This document shows, piece after piece, positions 35,897-49,330 of a stretch of DNA of 64,000 nt. Position 1 is the first letter of the stretch; the number at the start of each line of letters is the position of its first letter. The notes under the pieces are model-generated. The model was not told where the DNA came from. It ran no database searches and saw nothing but the letters and a program-made list of their open reading frames with translations. The translations under genes were made by a program, and so were the position numbers. Source of the DNA: Dudresnaya verticillata (lineage: Eukaryota); NCBI GenBank assembly GCA_977862235.1, contig OZ374565.1, forward strand, positions 496,001 through 560,000, read 5' to 3'.

Positions 35897-36926
35897 ATGC
35901 ACCTGCCGCAGCGCAGCAGCACGCGTCTGTTTGCGCCGCCGCCGCACCAGCAACTACAAGCGTCTCCCAAGCGGTCGAGCCAGCGCGGCAGCGCGCGCGG
36001 GCTGGGCGGCGCCGGACTGTGGCACCGCTTTGCCAAGCCGCGGCGGCGCCCGCAGATATCGGTGTCGGCGGTGCTGGCGTGCGCGGTGTGCTTCTTCCTG
36101 ATCACGTCGGAGCTGTCCTTTGTGCAACTAGCGTCGCACCTGGGCCTACGCCGCCTGTTCCTGCCCAACCACACGCTGCGCTGCCGCTTCCCGGCGCGGC
36201 TCGGCGACGCGTACGCGGGGTGGCAGCTGTGCGTGCCGTCGCGGTGGGCGCTGCAGGGCGGGCTGGTGTACACGGTTGGTATCGGGCGTAACATCGAGTG
36301 GGACAAGATGATGATTGCAAAGTACGACACGCAGCACCACGGATGGGACCCCACGCCGCCCGCGCTGGACTTTTTCCGGCGGCGGCCTCCGCCGCGCGGC
36401 TTCACGTTTCACCGGATCGGGCTGGGGCCGCGCGATGGAAACCTGACGCTCAAGCTGCCGTATGGGAACCACCACAGCTACACGATCATGGCGCACCCGA
36501 ACGACGCGCAGAGCGGGACCGTGACCGAGGTGCCCGTGCTGACGATTGGGAGCATGCTGCGGCTGCTGAAGCACCGGCATCTGGCGATTCTTAAGATTGA
36601 TATCGAGGGCGCGGAGTTTGACGTGATCGACCAGTGGGCAAGGGCCGGGTACCGTGTGCCGGCCGACCAGGTGCTGATCGAGTTTCATGAGCGGTACTTT
36701 TGGAAGCAGCCCGGGTATCGCAACCTGGTGCCAAACGCCGTGCAGAAGATGGCGGCGCTGGGCTTCAAGCTGGTGGTGCGGACGAGGCTGGTAGGTGTTT
36801 TGCTTTGTTTGTTTTGCTGCGCTGCGTTGCGCTGCGTTGCGCTGCCGTGCTTTTTGCATTCTAACGTTTGTGCAGGAATACACTTTTGCGAGACGCGACG
36901 CGATAGCCGACGACGACGCGGACTGA
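35897..36926 (+). CDS. Type II membrane SAM-dependent methyltransferase (FkbM/Methyltransf_21-22, METTL24-like); exons 35897-36790 and 36876-36926
   Basis: Hydrophobic anchor VSAVLACAVCFFLI; GWQLC, VYTVGIG..IEWD, WDPTP, ILKIDIEGAEF, QVLIEFH. Intron GTAGGT...CTAAC...TGCAG at 36791-36875 gives the C-terminus EYTFARRDAIADDDAD*. Start codon inferred. Confidence 0.85.
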
Positions 36927-38304
36927 CGGCGGGGAGGGGAAGGCGCGGGTGTGTGTGTGGGTGGGTGGGACGGCGGCGGCGGCGGCGGCGGCTGCGGCTC
37001 TGTACTCTAATAGTAATAAACAAGCAACAAGTCGCAACTCGGAGGGGAAGCATTCCCCCGGGAATGCCCACTGCTGCCGCGGCAGCCGCGCGCCTGTAAG
37101 GCCGCGGGGCTTACAGCCGTTGGATGCTCAGCGACGGCGTCACGCCGCGCGCGACCGGCGCAGTGGGCTCCTGTTTCCGTATAATCCCTTAATTAAATTT
37201 AGCAACGTTTGCGACGCGTCCGCTCGCGCACGCACGCGTGTCTTCCGCCGCTCGCCAGCCGCGCCCGCGCACTCGGCTCCGCTCGCTCGCGCGCGGAACG
37301 CGCGCCCGGCCCGCCGCGCAGGCACACAACCTCACAACCCGGCGGCAACAGCCCCCTCCGCGCGCGCAGAGCGGAGCACACGGCACACTCCGCCCCCCCG
37401 CCCCCCGCCATGGTCGAAACGAGAGGGGGTGAAGGAGAAAAATAGAAAAAAACCACACATCGCGGCTGCTGAGGCTTCGACGCCTGCTTTGCCTCCGCAT
37501 TTGCAACTGCGCTGCCTTCGAAAGCACCGTTCTGTGCTGCCAGATACTTCTCTTCAACGCGTGTTTTGCGATTTCCAGCACATCGTGAGGCTCACTACTG
37601 GCATAACTTCCACGAGCCCCTGCCCCATTTGTAAGCTCCTGTTGTCTTCCACATTGTTTTTGTGGTTGGATATCTACGGAGCGATTGGTCCCATTTTGAC
37701 TTCAGACCTTGAACGTATTGCGACCCTCCTGCCTCTTCTCAAGCCCACATCCCCCACCTTTGAGATGCCCACTCTTCTCACTCGCACATACTTTACTTCG
37801 CTAGTTGTCCAAAATCTTGCAGAAGCCGTCAATCAGCCCCAGCTATTGGATACCAATGTTCTATCTAGCTATACTTAGCCCCCCGCTCCGCGATTCAATT
37901 TCTCTTTGAGTAGAGCCTTCTTCCCTCCTTCTGTGGTGAAACCGCCTCGAGATGTGTCTACTGCATGCTTGCATTTGAACCCGTTTTTGTCTGCAGGGTG
38001 CCCCCATTACCGCGCGAAAGAGCTTCGCCTGTAGAATGGCGAAAGGCACAATACAATATGCTTATGCATTCCATCCACAACACTGCAGATCGGCAATGAC
38101 AACGATGGACCTTCTGAAGAGAGCCACGAATAGGGCAAACATCACTTTATCATCGCAAGATCAGCCAGAAACCGGTACGCAAGGCAGAATGCCAATCGGA
38201 ACGTTTCGTGCCAAAACCTATGTTCCTACTGTGCTATCACGTGCGTGGAGTCCATGCACAACCTCAGTAGCAACGAGCATAGAGGAAAGAGCACTAAGCT
38301 CCAT

Positions 38305-39426
38305 TCACTTCCAGTAGCGACCGCTCGAGTCATATCTTCCACGCTTGGTGGCACCCCCGCGTTCACTGCCGCCACCAACATTTCTGCCTCCCCGTCTGCC
38401 ACCCTTTGTGCCACCATGCCCACTGCCACGGACACTGTCATGTCCGCTGACATGCCCCGGCCCATGTCCGCTGCCATACCCACTGCCATCTCCATCGACA
38501 TGCCCCGGCCCATGTCCGCCGCCATACCCACTTCCATCTCCACCATGCCCCGGCCCATATCCGCTGCCATACCCACTGCCATCTCCACCGACATGACCCG
38601 GCCCATGTCCGCTGCCATACCCACTGCCATCTCCACCGAAATGCCCCGGCCCATGTCCGCTGCCATATCCACTGCCATCTCCACCGAAATGCCCCGGCCC
38701 ATGTCCGCCGCCATGTCCCGGCCCATGCCCGCTGCCATGCCCACTGCCATGCCCACTGCCATGTCCGCTGCCATGGACTCTTCGATGACCGCCGAGCTGA
38801 CGCGAGCCACGCCTTCCCGTTCTGCCACTCCTTCCCGTTCTGCCACTCCTGTGACTGCCTCTCTCCGGTCCAGACGCAGTCTGGTTGTTGCCCCCCTCGT
38901 TCTCGCCCGGAAGCTCGAAGATCTGCTCCACGTCATTCATACGAGAAGAGCTTGGACCAACGGCCGGGTTCTGGTTCTGGAAAGCGCCATCATTCTGGGA
39001 CATGTTCGGGTAACTATAACGCGGGGGCCTGCCCCGATGGTCACCCGCCGGAGCCCGCATGCCGATGCGGCGGGACTCCGTGAAAGGGCGATGCAAGACG
39101 TCCATTGGTCCCACAGTGGGATATTGAGGTCTGGTCTGAAGAGGGGATGTCGGGCCGTAGACATTGGGGACCGGAGCACCATGAGAATGAGCGCCATTGG
39201 CGCCAGTGCCATATGCGTGATCACCATGACCGTCAGGGTTGGTGTTCCCCCCAATCTGGGACCCGGCGGCGGAATCGCCCGCGCCCGATCCAGAGCCTTG
39301 CCACATATCTCCGACCGGTACCGCACGAGTAGGCGGAAGACTGTTGCCCCACTGGTGCGAGTTGGTCGTATCCGGGCTTGGCGCAGACGACGCCCGAGAG
39401 GAGCGCTTGCCACGATGCGAAGGCAT
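38305..39426 (-). CDS. Gly/His/Ser-rich low-complexity repeat protein (373 aa)
   Basis: ATG-initiated ORF with HGSG repeats and 16-aa HGPGH(F/V)GGDGSGYGSG units whose lengths preserve the frame. A TATA-like cttataag lies about 115 bp upstream. Confidence 0.65.
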   Translation of the reverse strand: MPSHRGKRSSRASSAPSPDTTNSHQWGNSLPPTRAVPVGDMWQGSGSGAGDSAAGSQIGGNTNPDGHGDHAYGTGANGAHSHGAPVPNVYGPTSPLQTRPQYPTVGPMDVLHRPFTESRRIGMRAPAGDHRGRPPRYSYPNMSQNDGAFQNQNPAVGPSSSRMNDVEQIFELPGENEGGNNQTASGPERGSHRSGRTGRSGRTGRRGSRQLGGHRRVHGSGHGSGHGSGHGSGHGPGHGGGHGPGHFGGDGSGYGSGHGPGHFGGDGSGYGSGHGPGHVGGDGSGYGSGYGPGHGGDGSGYGGGHGPGHVDGDGSGYGSGHGPGHVSGHDSVRGSGHGGTKGGRRGGRNVGGGSERGGATKRGRYDSSGRYWK

Positions 39427-40269
39427 TGTTCTTGTAAAGTCGGAGCTTGATCAGCGATGAGCTCCGAGGCTGGAAGGTGAAGTGGTAGGTGTGTGGACTT
39501 TCTTTTCCCAGGACGCAGGGCAGGGCAGGAGGCGGCGCTTATAAGTGCGCTTGAAACGCTGTTCGCTGCTGACAGGAACGCTCACAAGTTGCAACCCTGT
39601 CTTGTGCGTCACAACGCAGGGTTGCTGTTACAGATCAAGGTAACACAAAAATTGAAGCCGAAATAACCATCGTTACGTCTTGCTGGTGTGCACCTACCAG
39701 GCAAACCTGGCATGGCAGCATCAACAGTGTTGACATACAGTACACCCTCTTCACTTGAACGGGTCAAGCTTTCGCATTATCGGCGTGTGCGTGGAAGCCT
39801 AGGCAGGGATTTGCATGCCATGGTTATTGATGTATACGGCCGTATTGGGGTCGGGTTTGACACCGGTATTCACCGTATCGCTGATTACATTGCTGTTAAG
39901 AACTGGACCTCCCCCATCGCTGAGAAGCTTGCTCTCTTAACGTCTCTTACTACGCTCGTTCTTCAATGTGTTGCAGTTAGCGTGAATTGCCGCAACCTCT
40001 CCCCTCCTCCTGCAATGTGATGGTAAACTTTTACTGGTTGTTTAAGGTGGTCTCACGCGGGCGACTAAGGCCCATTAGCGAGCGCACCTGCAATGTGTCC
40101 TCCTGCAATGTGTCCTGGTAGTTAGACCCTTTCCTGGGTTGCTTTTTAGATTAACATAAAGGTTGCGCTCTCTCACTTTAACACGTTTTGGATTTCGGGC
40201 AATTCCTGATCGCAAGGAAACAGTACGATTTAGTGTGGTATCGGTGTACCTTTGTCAATCGCCACAACT

Positions 40270-41232
40270 TACAACTTAGCGGCGTGATACAGGGCTCCCC
40301 CCTAAGCCCAATCCTCTTCAACCTCTTTATCGATTCCCTGGCCTACGACCTCTGCAGTGCTCTCGGGTCCACCGACGACAACCCGCCAGGCCGCCTATTT
40401 GCCGATGACTGTATTCTCCACGGTGGCAACCCGGCAAAGCTGCGCGCTGCGCTTAAAGTATGTCCAGAATGGGCCGAACAAACCGGAATGCAATGGTCTG
40501 CCCCCAAGTGTGCCATCCTCCTCCCTAAACAACATCGCACACGCCCTAGCTCAACCACATTCCTCATTGATGGCCAACCAATCGACGTCACATGCGACGC
40601 GCGCTATCTTGGCATCCAGATCTCCCCGGAGGGGGCTTTGGACTCAGCAAGACTACGACGCATAGCTGCTGCGAAGCGTCAACTTGGAACACTTGTTCCA
40701 TTAGGCCACATCTCCTCCGAGATGCCCGCACACGCTGTTCGTTATATCTACAATACATTTGTTCGCCTTCGTCTACGAACACGACTGTGCCATTACCCCA
40801 TACACCCCAGCTGTATGCCGTGCGATTGAAAGCTTGGATACAACCTTCTTCCGCCTTGTAATCTCCCAGAGGTCGTCTAGAATGTCTGCCCAATGCTTGC
40901 CGAAGTTCAAGGCCCTCTTCCGCCTCGAACCTCCTCTCCTGCGCCAGAAGACCGTGCAACGGAGCTTCTGCGCTGCGCTGCAACGTCTCGCCGGCGTAGC
41001 AGCGCTTCCTGCCTCCTGGAATGCCCAAAGAGCACTTTCTGCCTTCCAGGCTACACCGCGTCTTGCTTGCTGGGATGCATCCCAACAATCCCGAACGCGA
41101 CGAGAAATCCGCGACTTGCTGCTAAGGGAATGGCGTGCGGCGCTATCTGGTCGACGTCTTGCCCCGGTTTACAACTCGCATCGATTACCGCCAGCCCTGG
41201 AACTACCAGACCACAGAGACAGGAAACAAGCA
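40270..41232 (+). mobile_element. LINE (non-LTR) reverse transcriptase fragment, truncated at both ends
   Basis: GVIQGSPLSPILFNLFID...LFADD...KCAIL...RYLGI; frameshift near 40770; C-terminal part homologous to 58658-59478. Confidence 0.9.
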
Positions 41233-41897
41233 TAGTAAGGGTCTCTACCTGTTCTTGAACTGGTTACCGTATTCGAGGGTCAGCAAGGTGTCCCAGATCG
41301 CTGCTCGCGTACTACGACTGTTGAGCGCCCGCTCCTGAAACCGCACCATATCTTCCTGGACTTCACTTTACATCTCGCATTTCGTCAGCTGTGGCTTTAG
41401 TTGGGATTACCCTACGGGGGGTGACATCATGCGCCGCACGGCTCCCTCTGGGAGGTCTAATCCGTGACAATCGCCCCGCGCTGCTGTTCCGCTCTGGCAG
41501 CGCGCTAACCAGCCCTTCCCTTTCGTGAATAGGAAAACCCCTTTCATGAACCCAACGGTGCCGTATCGTAATCACTATCTACTGTGCAAGCAACACACCT
41601 GAGGACATCCTTCTTTAGTGGACGGCTAGCTTGAAGTCAAGTTGCATTTGTTGACGATGGAGATGACGCAAATTTCTACAGGCAGCATTCCAAATTTCTG
41701 AGGGGGGGAAGGGGGAAGGGGGAGGGGGGGAAGACCATTTCGAAAACTCTGAAACGAAATGAATCACAAGGTAGCAAGTTTTGACTTTTTACCAGTGGCG
41801 AAACGGGCGAATTGTGGGTTGTTAGTAGATGCTGGTGGTGGTGGTGGTGGTGGTGAGGGTGGTGGGCGGAAGTAGGTACAGGGTCGGGCATGGAGGA

Positions 41898-44800
41898 TGT
41901 CAAAAGCAGTAACAACTGCAGTGCGTCCTCAATCGAGATGCACACGAATTTGGCCTTCACCAAATTCGGAGGTAACGAAATATAGGAGTTACCCTTTGTA
42001 GTATTGAAGCTTTAGAGAGTTTGGCTACCCACGAGTAGTATAAGTTACCTCGCACATTGAAGTGAATAGAGGTAGACACAAGTAAACAACCAAGCCAACT
42101 TCTCAACTCTCAACAGGTTATGGGCAACTAAAAGCTACTGTGCTACGCTGAATTGTCTCCTCTGTGCTACCGACCGCCAGTACCACGATGACGGAGCCCC
42201 TAGACACCGTGAATACCAGTCGCTATCACATTGAGCGTCTTAACTCTACCAACTACTACCGCTGGTCCCGCAAGGTCGAACTGGTTCTCCGCGGCAAAGG
42301 TCTTTGGACAATCGTCAGTGGATCTGAACTCACACTCGAAGACCCTATCGAGCAGGCCAAGTACCTCCGCCGGCGCGATTCGGCGTTGAGCAACATTCTC
42401 CTCACTATTGATGATTCCTGTAATGCTGCCGTCATTGACCTCCGAGACCCGACCGAAGTCTGGACACAACTACAGACTACCTACCAGGCTATCTGTGGTG
42501 AAGTGAAAGGCACACCTGTAAGGAGAGCTGATCAGGCAATCCCAATAAGGAATGGTCTCACACGGCACCGGGGTGGTAGAGCTTAGTTCGTAGACCGAAG
42601 GGAGTACCTCGAGCGGCAACACCTGTAAGGAGTAAAGGGACGCAACAGACAAGGGGGACGGTACAGTGCCAGGGCAGCTACACCGGAACGGAGGTAAGAG
42701 GAATCCGTGCACGGGGCTGGCGAGGGGAAACCGTAAAGGAGTATGAGGGTAAGGCTTAGGGTAAGTCACTTTGCCCAGGGTTGCGTACCCGTTTACTGTA
42801 GGACTCGCGGTGGCCACCCATTAATATACTGGGAGATACGCCCCGCGGTCCGGTCCGTGTGGGCCAGACCCCAATGGGTCTGGTCCACCAGGTGGGTCCG
42901 GCCCTACTGGTCCCGGTCACCGTTGCGGACATGCTCGGCATTCTTATTGGCCGGCTGACACTACGTACTGTACAGCATGATTACAATTATCTAATTACAA
43001 ATAAATCAACTACTTGACTCCTATTGGTGGTGCGCGCAGACTCCAGCAAGGCGTACAGTGCCACTGTGTCGCTGCACTCCGTTTCGGCTTTTGGCGCCAG
43101 CTCACCACTGTGCCGGGCGCGGGTCGGCTCGACCGTCGTCCGCACTCCGAAACGGCCGCTTCACCACACTATCTACGAAGCGTCAGTCGACACATACCTC
43201 GAGCAGTACCAGGTTTTCAAGATGAGGACCGACGAGAAAATCGTCCAGTATGTCAACCGCCTTCGGGAACTCGAGAGCAAATTGTCCGGTGTCGGACACA
43301 CTGTTTCCGAAAGCGACAAGAAGCGAGCCCTGCTTCGCGGCTTGACCGAGGACTACAGTGTTCCTGTGCAAGTCATCCGTGCCATGAAACACGACCGTCA
43401 AGTTGCAATTGGCATGCTTGTCACTCACGAGATGTCATTGCCGCCTCGTGACACCGATATGTCCTCCGCGGAAGACTCCACCGCCCTTTCTGCTCAACAT
43501 GCCAAGAAATGTACCCACTGCGGTCGAAAGGGGCATATTAAGTCGGAATGTTTCCACAACCCCGAGAGTCCGAGGTATCGCCCCAACCCCACCCATCGGG
43601 GTAACCACGACACGTATAGCACTCGTCGAACCCGTGGTTCGCATTCAAGGAGTTATGGAAGATCTCGTGACAAACGAAGCGACAAGGACGACACCTCTGA
43701 AGACGTAGGCTCGAGCTACATCACGTTTATTGCTACATGCCTCACCTCTCGATCCGGCTCTGCGCTAAAGCTTAAGGACAAGTGGTTCCTCGATTCCGGG
43801 GCCACTTCAAACATGTGCAACAACGAAACGTTCTTCAAAGATCTAAGCTCAAATGGAACAGACGCCTCGGTTTCCGTCGGAGATGGAACCCAGACTCAAG
43901 TCAAAGGTGTAGGCACAGTTCGAGGTCGTGCGAAGTTTGATGGCATGACCCAGTCCGTTCGTATGCAGGACACACTTTTCATCCCTGATCTCATGTGCAA
44001 CCTTATCTCTGTGAGCAAGCTCCGCCGTGCCGGTTTCAGAATCCACTTTGACACTGATAACCAGGGAAACGGAATCTGTGTCGTTTCCCGTGCTGGCACT
44101 TCAGGAATCTTCCTCAAAGGAACCGAGCGGTCTGACGGGCTTTATGAAATCGACATGCTGCCTGAAGACCTCGCTCTACTCACGAAGGAAGAAGAACAAG
44201 ACCTCTGGCATGCCCGTGTTGGACATGCGAGCAAAGGGACCAGTGAAAAGACTATCCCCATCGTCAACGGCATCTCGCTCAAGCATTGTACCAAGATTTC
44301 TATCTGCGAACCATGCCAAACCGGTAAGTACACTCGCGACTCCCGCCCGCCCTCGCGCTCTGACAATTTAAAACCCCTAGACCTTGTCCACGCAGATATC
44401 ATCGCACCCGTGAGAGACCCTTCCCGCAACGGGTCTCGCTACTGTATCCCATTGTCTGATGACGCTAGCGGGCTGTCTCTCGTTCGCTTCATGAAATCAA
44501 AGAAGCCGGCTGCCGAATGCATCAAGCACATGATTCTCGAACTGGAGACAATCTTCCGTGGCAATGTCAAGCGCATTACCTTCCGCCGTCTTCGCACAGA
44601 CAACGGTAAAGAAATCCTCTCCGGACCCTTCAAGAAATGGCTTGCCGACAAAGGTATCATCCATGAACGCAGTGTTCCGTACTCTCCGGAATCTAATGGA
44701 AAGGCCGAACGCCTCAACCGCACCCTCATGGACATGGCACGTACAATCTTACAGGAGGTTTCCCATCTCAAGTGTCATGACCGTTTATGGGCTGAAACCA

Positions 44801-47283
44801 TGCACACCGCGAACTACATCCGCAACCGGCTCTTCACGACTGCTTGCAACGACCCTGACAAGACGCCGTACGAAGTCATTGTTGGAGAGCGCCCTGATAT
44901 TTCTCACTTTCGCGCTTTCGGCGCGGTCTCCTACGTGCACGTCCCGAAGCCACGGCGCTCTGGAAAGTTCGTTGCGCGTGCAAAGAAGGGGGTTCTGGTC
45001 GGCTATGATAGCGGGAACAGCTACAAGGTCTACATTCCGACTGAGAACAAAGTAATCACCTCCCGAGATGTCACTTTCAATGAAACACAACGCTATGGTC
45101 AGTCTCGCTCTGATCGTGCCGCTACCTTCAAGTCTGGACGACCCTCTAACGTTTCCTTCAACGTGGATGAGGATGATGATGACTGCCCTTCTCTGCTTGG
45201 CAGTGAAGACGACAGCGCCTCTGAGACAACGGATGACGATTCCAGTGATGAAACCGATTCTGACGACGACTCTAACGATTCTTCGGGCGACGACGAAGAC
45301 AATTTCCATGATGCGCAGGATAATCCATCTCCCGCACACAATCCGGACGATGTCACCCATTTTCCCAATGCCACGCGCTCCGGTCGCATCTCGAAGCCGC
45401 CTACGCGCTACACGGACCTCACCGCCATCGCTCTAAACGTCCGCCTCGGAAATGATGACAGTACTGTGCCAACGGCATACAGTGAGGCTGTCAAGGGACC
45501 TCACGCACCTGAGTGGCAAGATGCCATGCAGAACGAGATCGATGAGCTCAACCAAAATGGAACTTGGGTTCTCGAAGCACGACCATCCAGCATCCAGCCA
45601 GTCAAGAACAAGTGGGTCTACATGAACAAGTTCGATGCTGCAGGTCTTCTCACTCGTCGTCGGGCGCGTCTCGTGGCGAAAGGCTTTACGCAAAAACACG
45701 GCATTGACTACAACGAGACTTTCGCTCCTGTTGCAAGGTACTCCATGCTGCGCTTCATCCTGGCTCTCGCAACTGATGAGGAGTTGGCTCTTCTGCAGTT
45801 GGATGTCAAGGCAGCCTTCCTGAACGGCGAACTAGATGAAACAATCTACATGGAGCAACCAGAAGGATTTGTAGACCCTTCAAAATCTAAGTGGGTCTAT
45901 CGTCTGCTCAAGGCCCTGTATGGTTTGAAACAAGCATCCCGGGCCTGGCATCGCGTCGTGAATAGGCTTCTTACCTCTTTGGGGTTTACCAAATCGAAAT
46001 CCGATTACACTCTCTACATCCTCCACATTCGCAACAAAACGATTTACCTACTTGTCTACGTCGATGACATGCTGCTTGCTGGTCCATCTCGCCGCGATCT
46101 TACCACAGTCGCCAACCGCATCGCCTCACATGTATCAATTCGAGTCGAAGATGATGTATCGAAGTTCCTGGGAATCATCATCGAACGCAATCTCCAGCTC
46201 AGCACGTTGAAGTTCCACAGTGCCCTGATGATTGATCAGCTCACCGAGAAGTTTGGAATGTCACAGTGCCGTACAGCAGATGTCCCGATCCCTCCGGGGA
46301 TGGTCTTAGATTCTCCACCTCTACTACAGTCTCGGGACGAGGGGGAGTACCGCCGCATGCAGTTCGTGCCATACCGCGAACTAGTCGGCGCATTACTTCA
46401 CTTGGCCAACACGACCCGCCCCGATATCGCTTTCGCCACCTCTTTCCTTGCCCGGTTTATGCAGGATCCCCTGGTGATGCACTGGAAAGCGGCCAAACAG
46501 GTGTTGCGCTATCTGAAGAAGACAAGGGACCTAGGCATTGTGTATCATCGCGCCGCTAAATAGGGAACAACGCTCCTGGGCTACACTGACTCCGATTTCG
46601 CAGCTGACCGAATCGAGCGCAAGTCAGTGAGTGGCTTCGTTTATCTCTTTTCTGGTGGAGCTATCTCTTGGCGATGTAAGAAACAGGATGGTGTAGCAGA
46701 GTCTACAGTAGAGGCTGAGTATATCGCCCTGTCCTACGCAGTTCGAGAAGCCATCTGGCTACGCCGGATGCTTGCCGAGTTTGACTGCACTTCGTCTAGT
46801 AGCATTGGCGTGCTAATTCGGGGCGACAATCAGGGAGCCTTAGAGCTCGCGAAGAACGATGTATGCAACGACCGCTCCAAGTACATCGATTTCAGGTATC
46901 ATTTTCTTCGAGACCATGTTCGCAATGGAACCATCAAGCTGCTGTACGTGCCTACGATCGAGATGGTTACCGACATCATGACGAAGTCTCTCAACGCGAA
47001 GAAGCACACCCACTTTGTCCAAGGCATGGGCCTACGCGAAACAGACGCTTGAGGACGAGGGGGGGTGTCAAAAGCAGTAACAACTGCAGTGCGTCCTCAA
47101 TCGAGATGCACACGAATTTGGCCTTCACCAAATTCGGAGGTAACCAAATATAGGAGTTACCCTTCGTAGTATTGAAGCTTTAGAGAGTTTGGCTACCCAC
47201 GAGTAGTATAAGTTACCTCGCACATTGAAGTGAATAGAGGTAGACACAAGTAAACAACCAAGCCAACTTCTCAACTCTCAACA
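41898..47283 (+). mobile_element. Ty1/copia LTR retrotransposon, full length, TSD GAGGA
   Basis: 218-bp LTRs 41898-42115 and 47066-47283 (two differences seen). PBS GGTTATGGGC; PPT gaggacgaggggggg. gag-pol 42188-47052 with CTHCGRKGHIKSEC, WFLDSGAT, LWHARVGH, LRTDNGKE, YVDD, YTDSDFA. In-frame TAG at 46561 and a nested solo LTR. Confidence 0.97.
42494..43168. mobile_element. Solo LTR (675 bp) inserted in copia gag, TSD CTATC
   Basis: Perfect 10-bp terminal inverted repeat TGTGGTGAAG/CTTCACCACA; ctatc at 42489-42493 and 43169-43173. Removal restores ...TYQAI|YEASVDTY. Confidence 0.92.
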
Positions 47284-47839
47284 GAGGATGTAGGAACGGA
47301 GGTGCAGGGAGGTGGATAGCAGGGAGCGGCGCGGGATGTGGGTGGCGAGGTGCTGGAGCTGGACGGGCTGGGGCTGGCAAGGGGGAGACGCGAGAACGCG
47401 AACGGGGGCGGGTTACGAGTGGCGTTGGACGCAACGGGTCGAAGGTGGAGATGGAAGGAGGGCGAGGCGGAGGGCGTGGTGGACCACCACTGGTGGTGGT
47501 TGTGTTTGTGTGGGGTGATGGCGTGGCGCGGCGCGTCGCGGCGGCGGGGTGGCGGCAGAGGTGGCAGAGGCGGGCGGGTCAATTAGCGGGAGCATAGAGC
47601 AGACAGATGATATCCAAGGTGGAGATCCGATTCTTGAAGTAGAGGCGGTGGCTGCGTACGACTCTGTCGAAATGTGAGGGCGGTAATAGGTAGCTGAGCG
47701 TTTACGTGAGCAAGGCCACCGGCATGTCTTTCTCTGACCACTTCTCAAAAGGGTTTATGATTTCCAGCTAGTGTGCCCTGCTCATTAATAATAAGTCCTC
47801 TAGCGGTAAAAAACTCGGATACACCAACCCGCACTTCAA

Positions 47840-48610
47840 TGTCGCAGTGCAGTCTGCCAGAATACGACGCGATAGGGCATCAGGCTCTCCAAGAATTACC
47901 CCAACCTCTCCTTCTATAGCATTTACATCACCATCGAGGTTCTCGCTCACGGTGCCGCTGGCATCTTGCATCGTCATAGCGAAGCCATGTTCGCGAAGCA
48001 TTGACAAAAGCTCAGTTGCTTTCCCCAGTTTTTCCGACACGTTGAACTCATCGGCAGCAAGTTGAAGCCTTGTCTTTTCTCTCCGGGTTTCCCGGCTCGC
48101 GCGTACCATGCTGGCATCCCCATTTGGTTTTTGAACTGACCCGTCTGACTGTGTTACTGTACTGCTAGACGGTCATTAATGGTATCAAAAATCGCCAGAA
48201 TCGACTCCGCACACAACAACGCCGACGCTCTCGCAAATCTAAATGAATCAGAGCCCCCGTTTCCACCACGTAGCCCATTGTCCTCCTCACCACTGTCCAT
48301 ATCCGCAGCAGCAGGGTTCCGACTAGATCCGCTGATAGACGCTCTCAGCCGCATGCTGCGCCTCCGTGCACGTTTCGACTTCAACGCGTATCCCAGGACC
48401 TTGATTAGTGGATTGACCACCTCTGCACTCCTCAAATCGCAATCTGCCGCTCTACAGGCTACGCACAATGATCCAGGAGTTGACAGCCGCGAGAGATTCC
48501 AAACCAATCTCACGCACGGCAAGAGCAACACTATTGTCTCCAAAAATCTCGTTTCTCTGCGCAAGAGCGAGCAAGCGGCTGGTGATGCGATCAAGGGACT
48601 GCAGCACAAC
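47840..48610 (-). pseudogene. Fragment of a large Sec7 ARF-GEF (GBF1/GNOM-like; HUS region and start of Sec7 domain)
   Basis: ORFs 48154-48609 and 47768-48109 are in one frame separated by a stop. DCDLRSAEVVNPLIKVL (HUS-box-like), LLCAESILAIFDTI, KTRLQLAADEFN...LREHG, VGVILGEPDALSRRIL. Recognised from motif memory only. Confidence 0.5.
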
Positions 48611-49330
48611 GCCGGTGATTATCCCCGAGGCGTCACGCGACTTGAAACCACTTCAAGATACGGGTCGAGGGCGTTGAGCAGGACTGTGGGCGGAATGAGC
48701 AGGCCATCACCTGCAGGCATCGGGGTAGCGGAGGCAGGCAGGGCCTGGGCGTGGGCGTGGGCGTGGGCGTGAACGACATCTCGTAGATACTTGACTTCCT
48801 TGACGAGGGGGTGCTCCGCGGGCTGCGAGGCGGAGGTGAAGGAGAGGAGGTAGCCGAAGCGGCGATTGCGACGAAGGACGATGAGCTATTCGCGAGCTTC
48901 CCCTAGCACGGTGACAGCCAACGGGATTTCCACAGCCGGCATGGCGGTGGCTGTCGTGTCTGCACTGCGGCAAGGCTGTGAGTGCGACCGGACGCGGTTG
49001 GGTTGGGCGGGTTCGAGTCGCGCGTGCCGGCTGGCAGGGACGGCAGAGACGTCGATTCACCAAACTGCCCTGCTGGTGATGCGCCCGGCAGGGCGCATTC
49101 GACGCGGTATTGTTGAGCGGCGTCGATGGTGGGTGGGGTGCGGCGTCCTCGCGCGCTCGAGCGCGTGCTGGTAGGTAACTACGGGCTTCGCTTGTGCCAT
49201 GGCACGAGAGGCGGAGTGTCCAAATGCCATTTGGACCGGGACCTGCAATGCCGGGCCGGACCAGTGGCCGGACCAGTTCGCGAGACCCCGGTGGACTGTC
49301 CAGTGGACTGAGTGGACCGGGGGTGCTGTG

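Noticed and set aside
35432..37099. 555-aa ORF as the real protein
   Set aside because: The N-terminal part is GC-rich, microsatellite-like leader and the C-terminal part reads through an evident intron.
38245..39450. 401-aa plus-strand MPRPMSAA repeat protein
   Set aside because: Most simply the antisense shadow of the Gly-rich ORF; it has a non-ATG start.
46561..46563. Programmed stop read-through in copia pol
   Set aside because: It lies between RT and RNase H in an element already disabled in gag; a point mutation is simpler.
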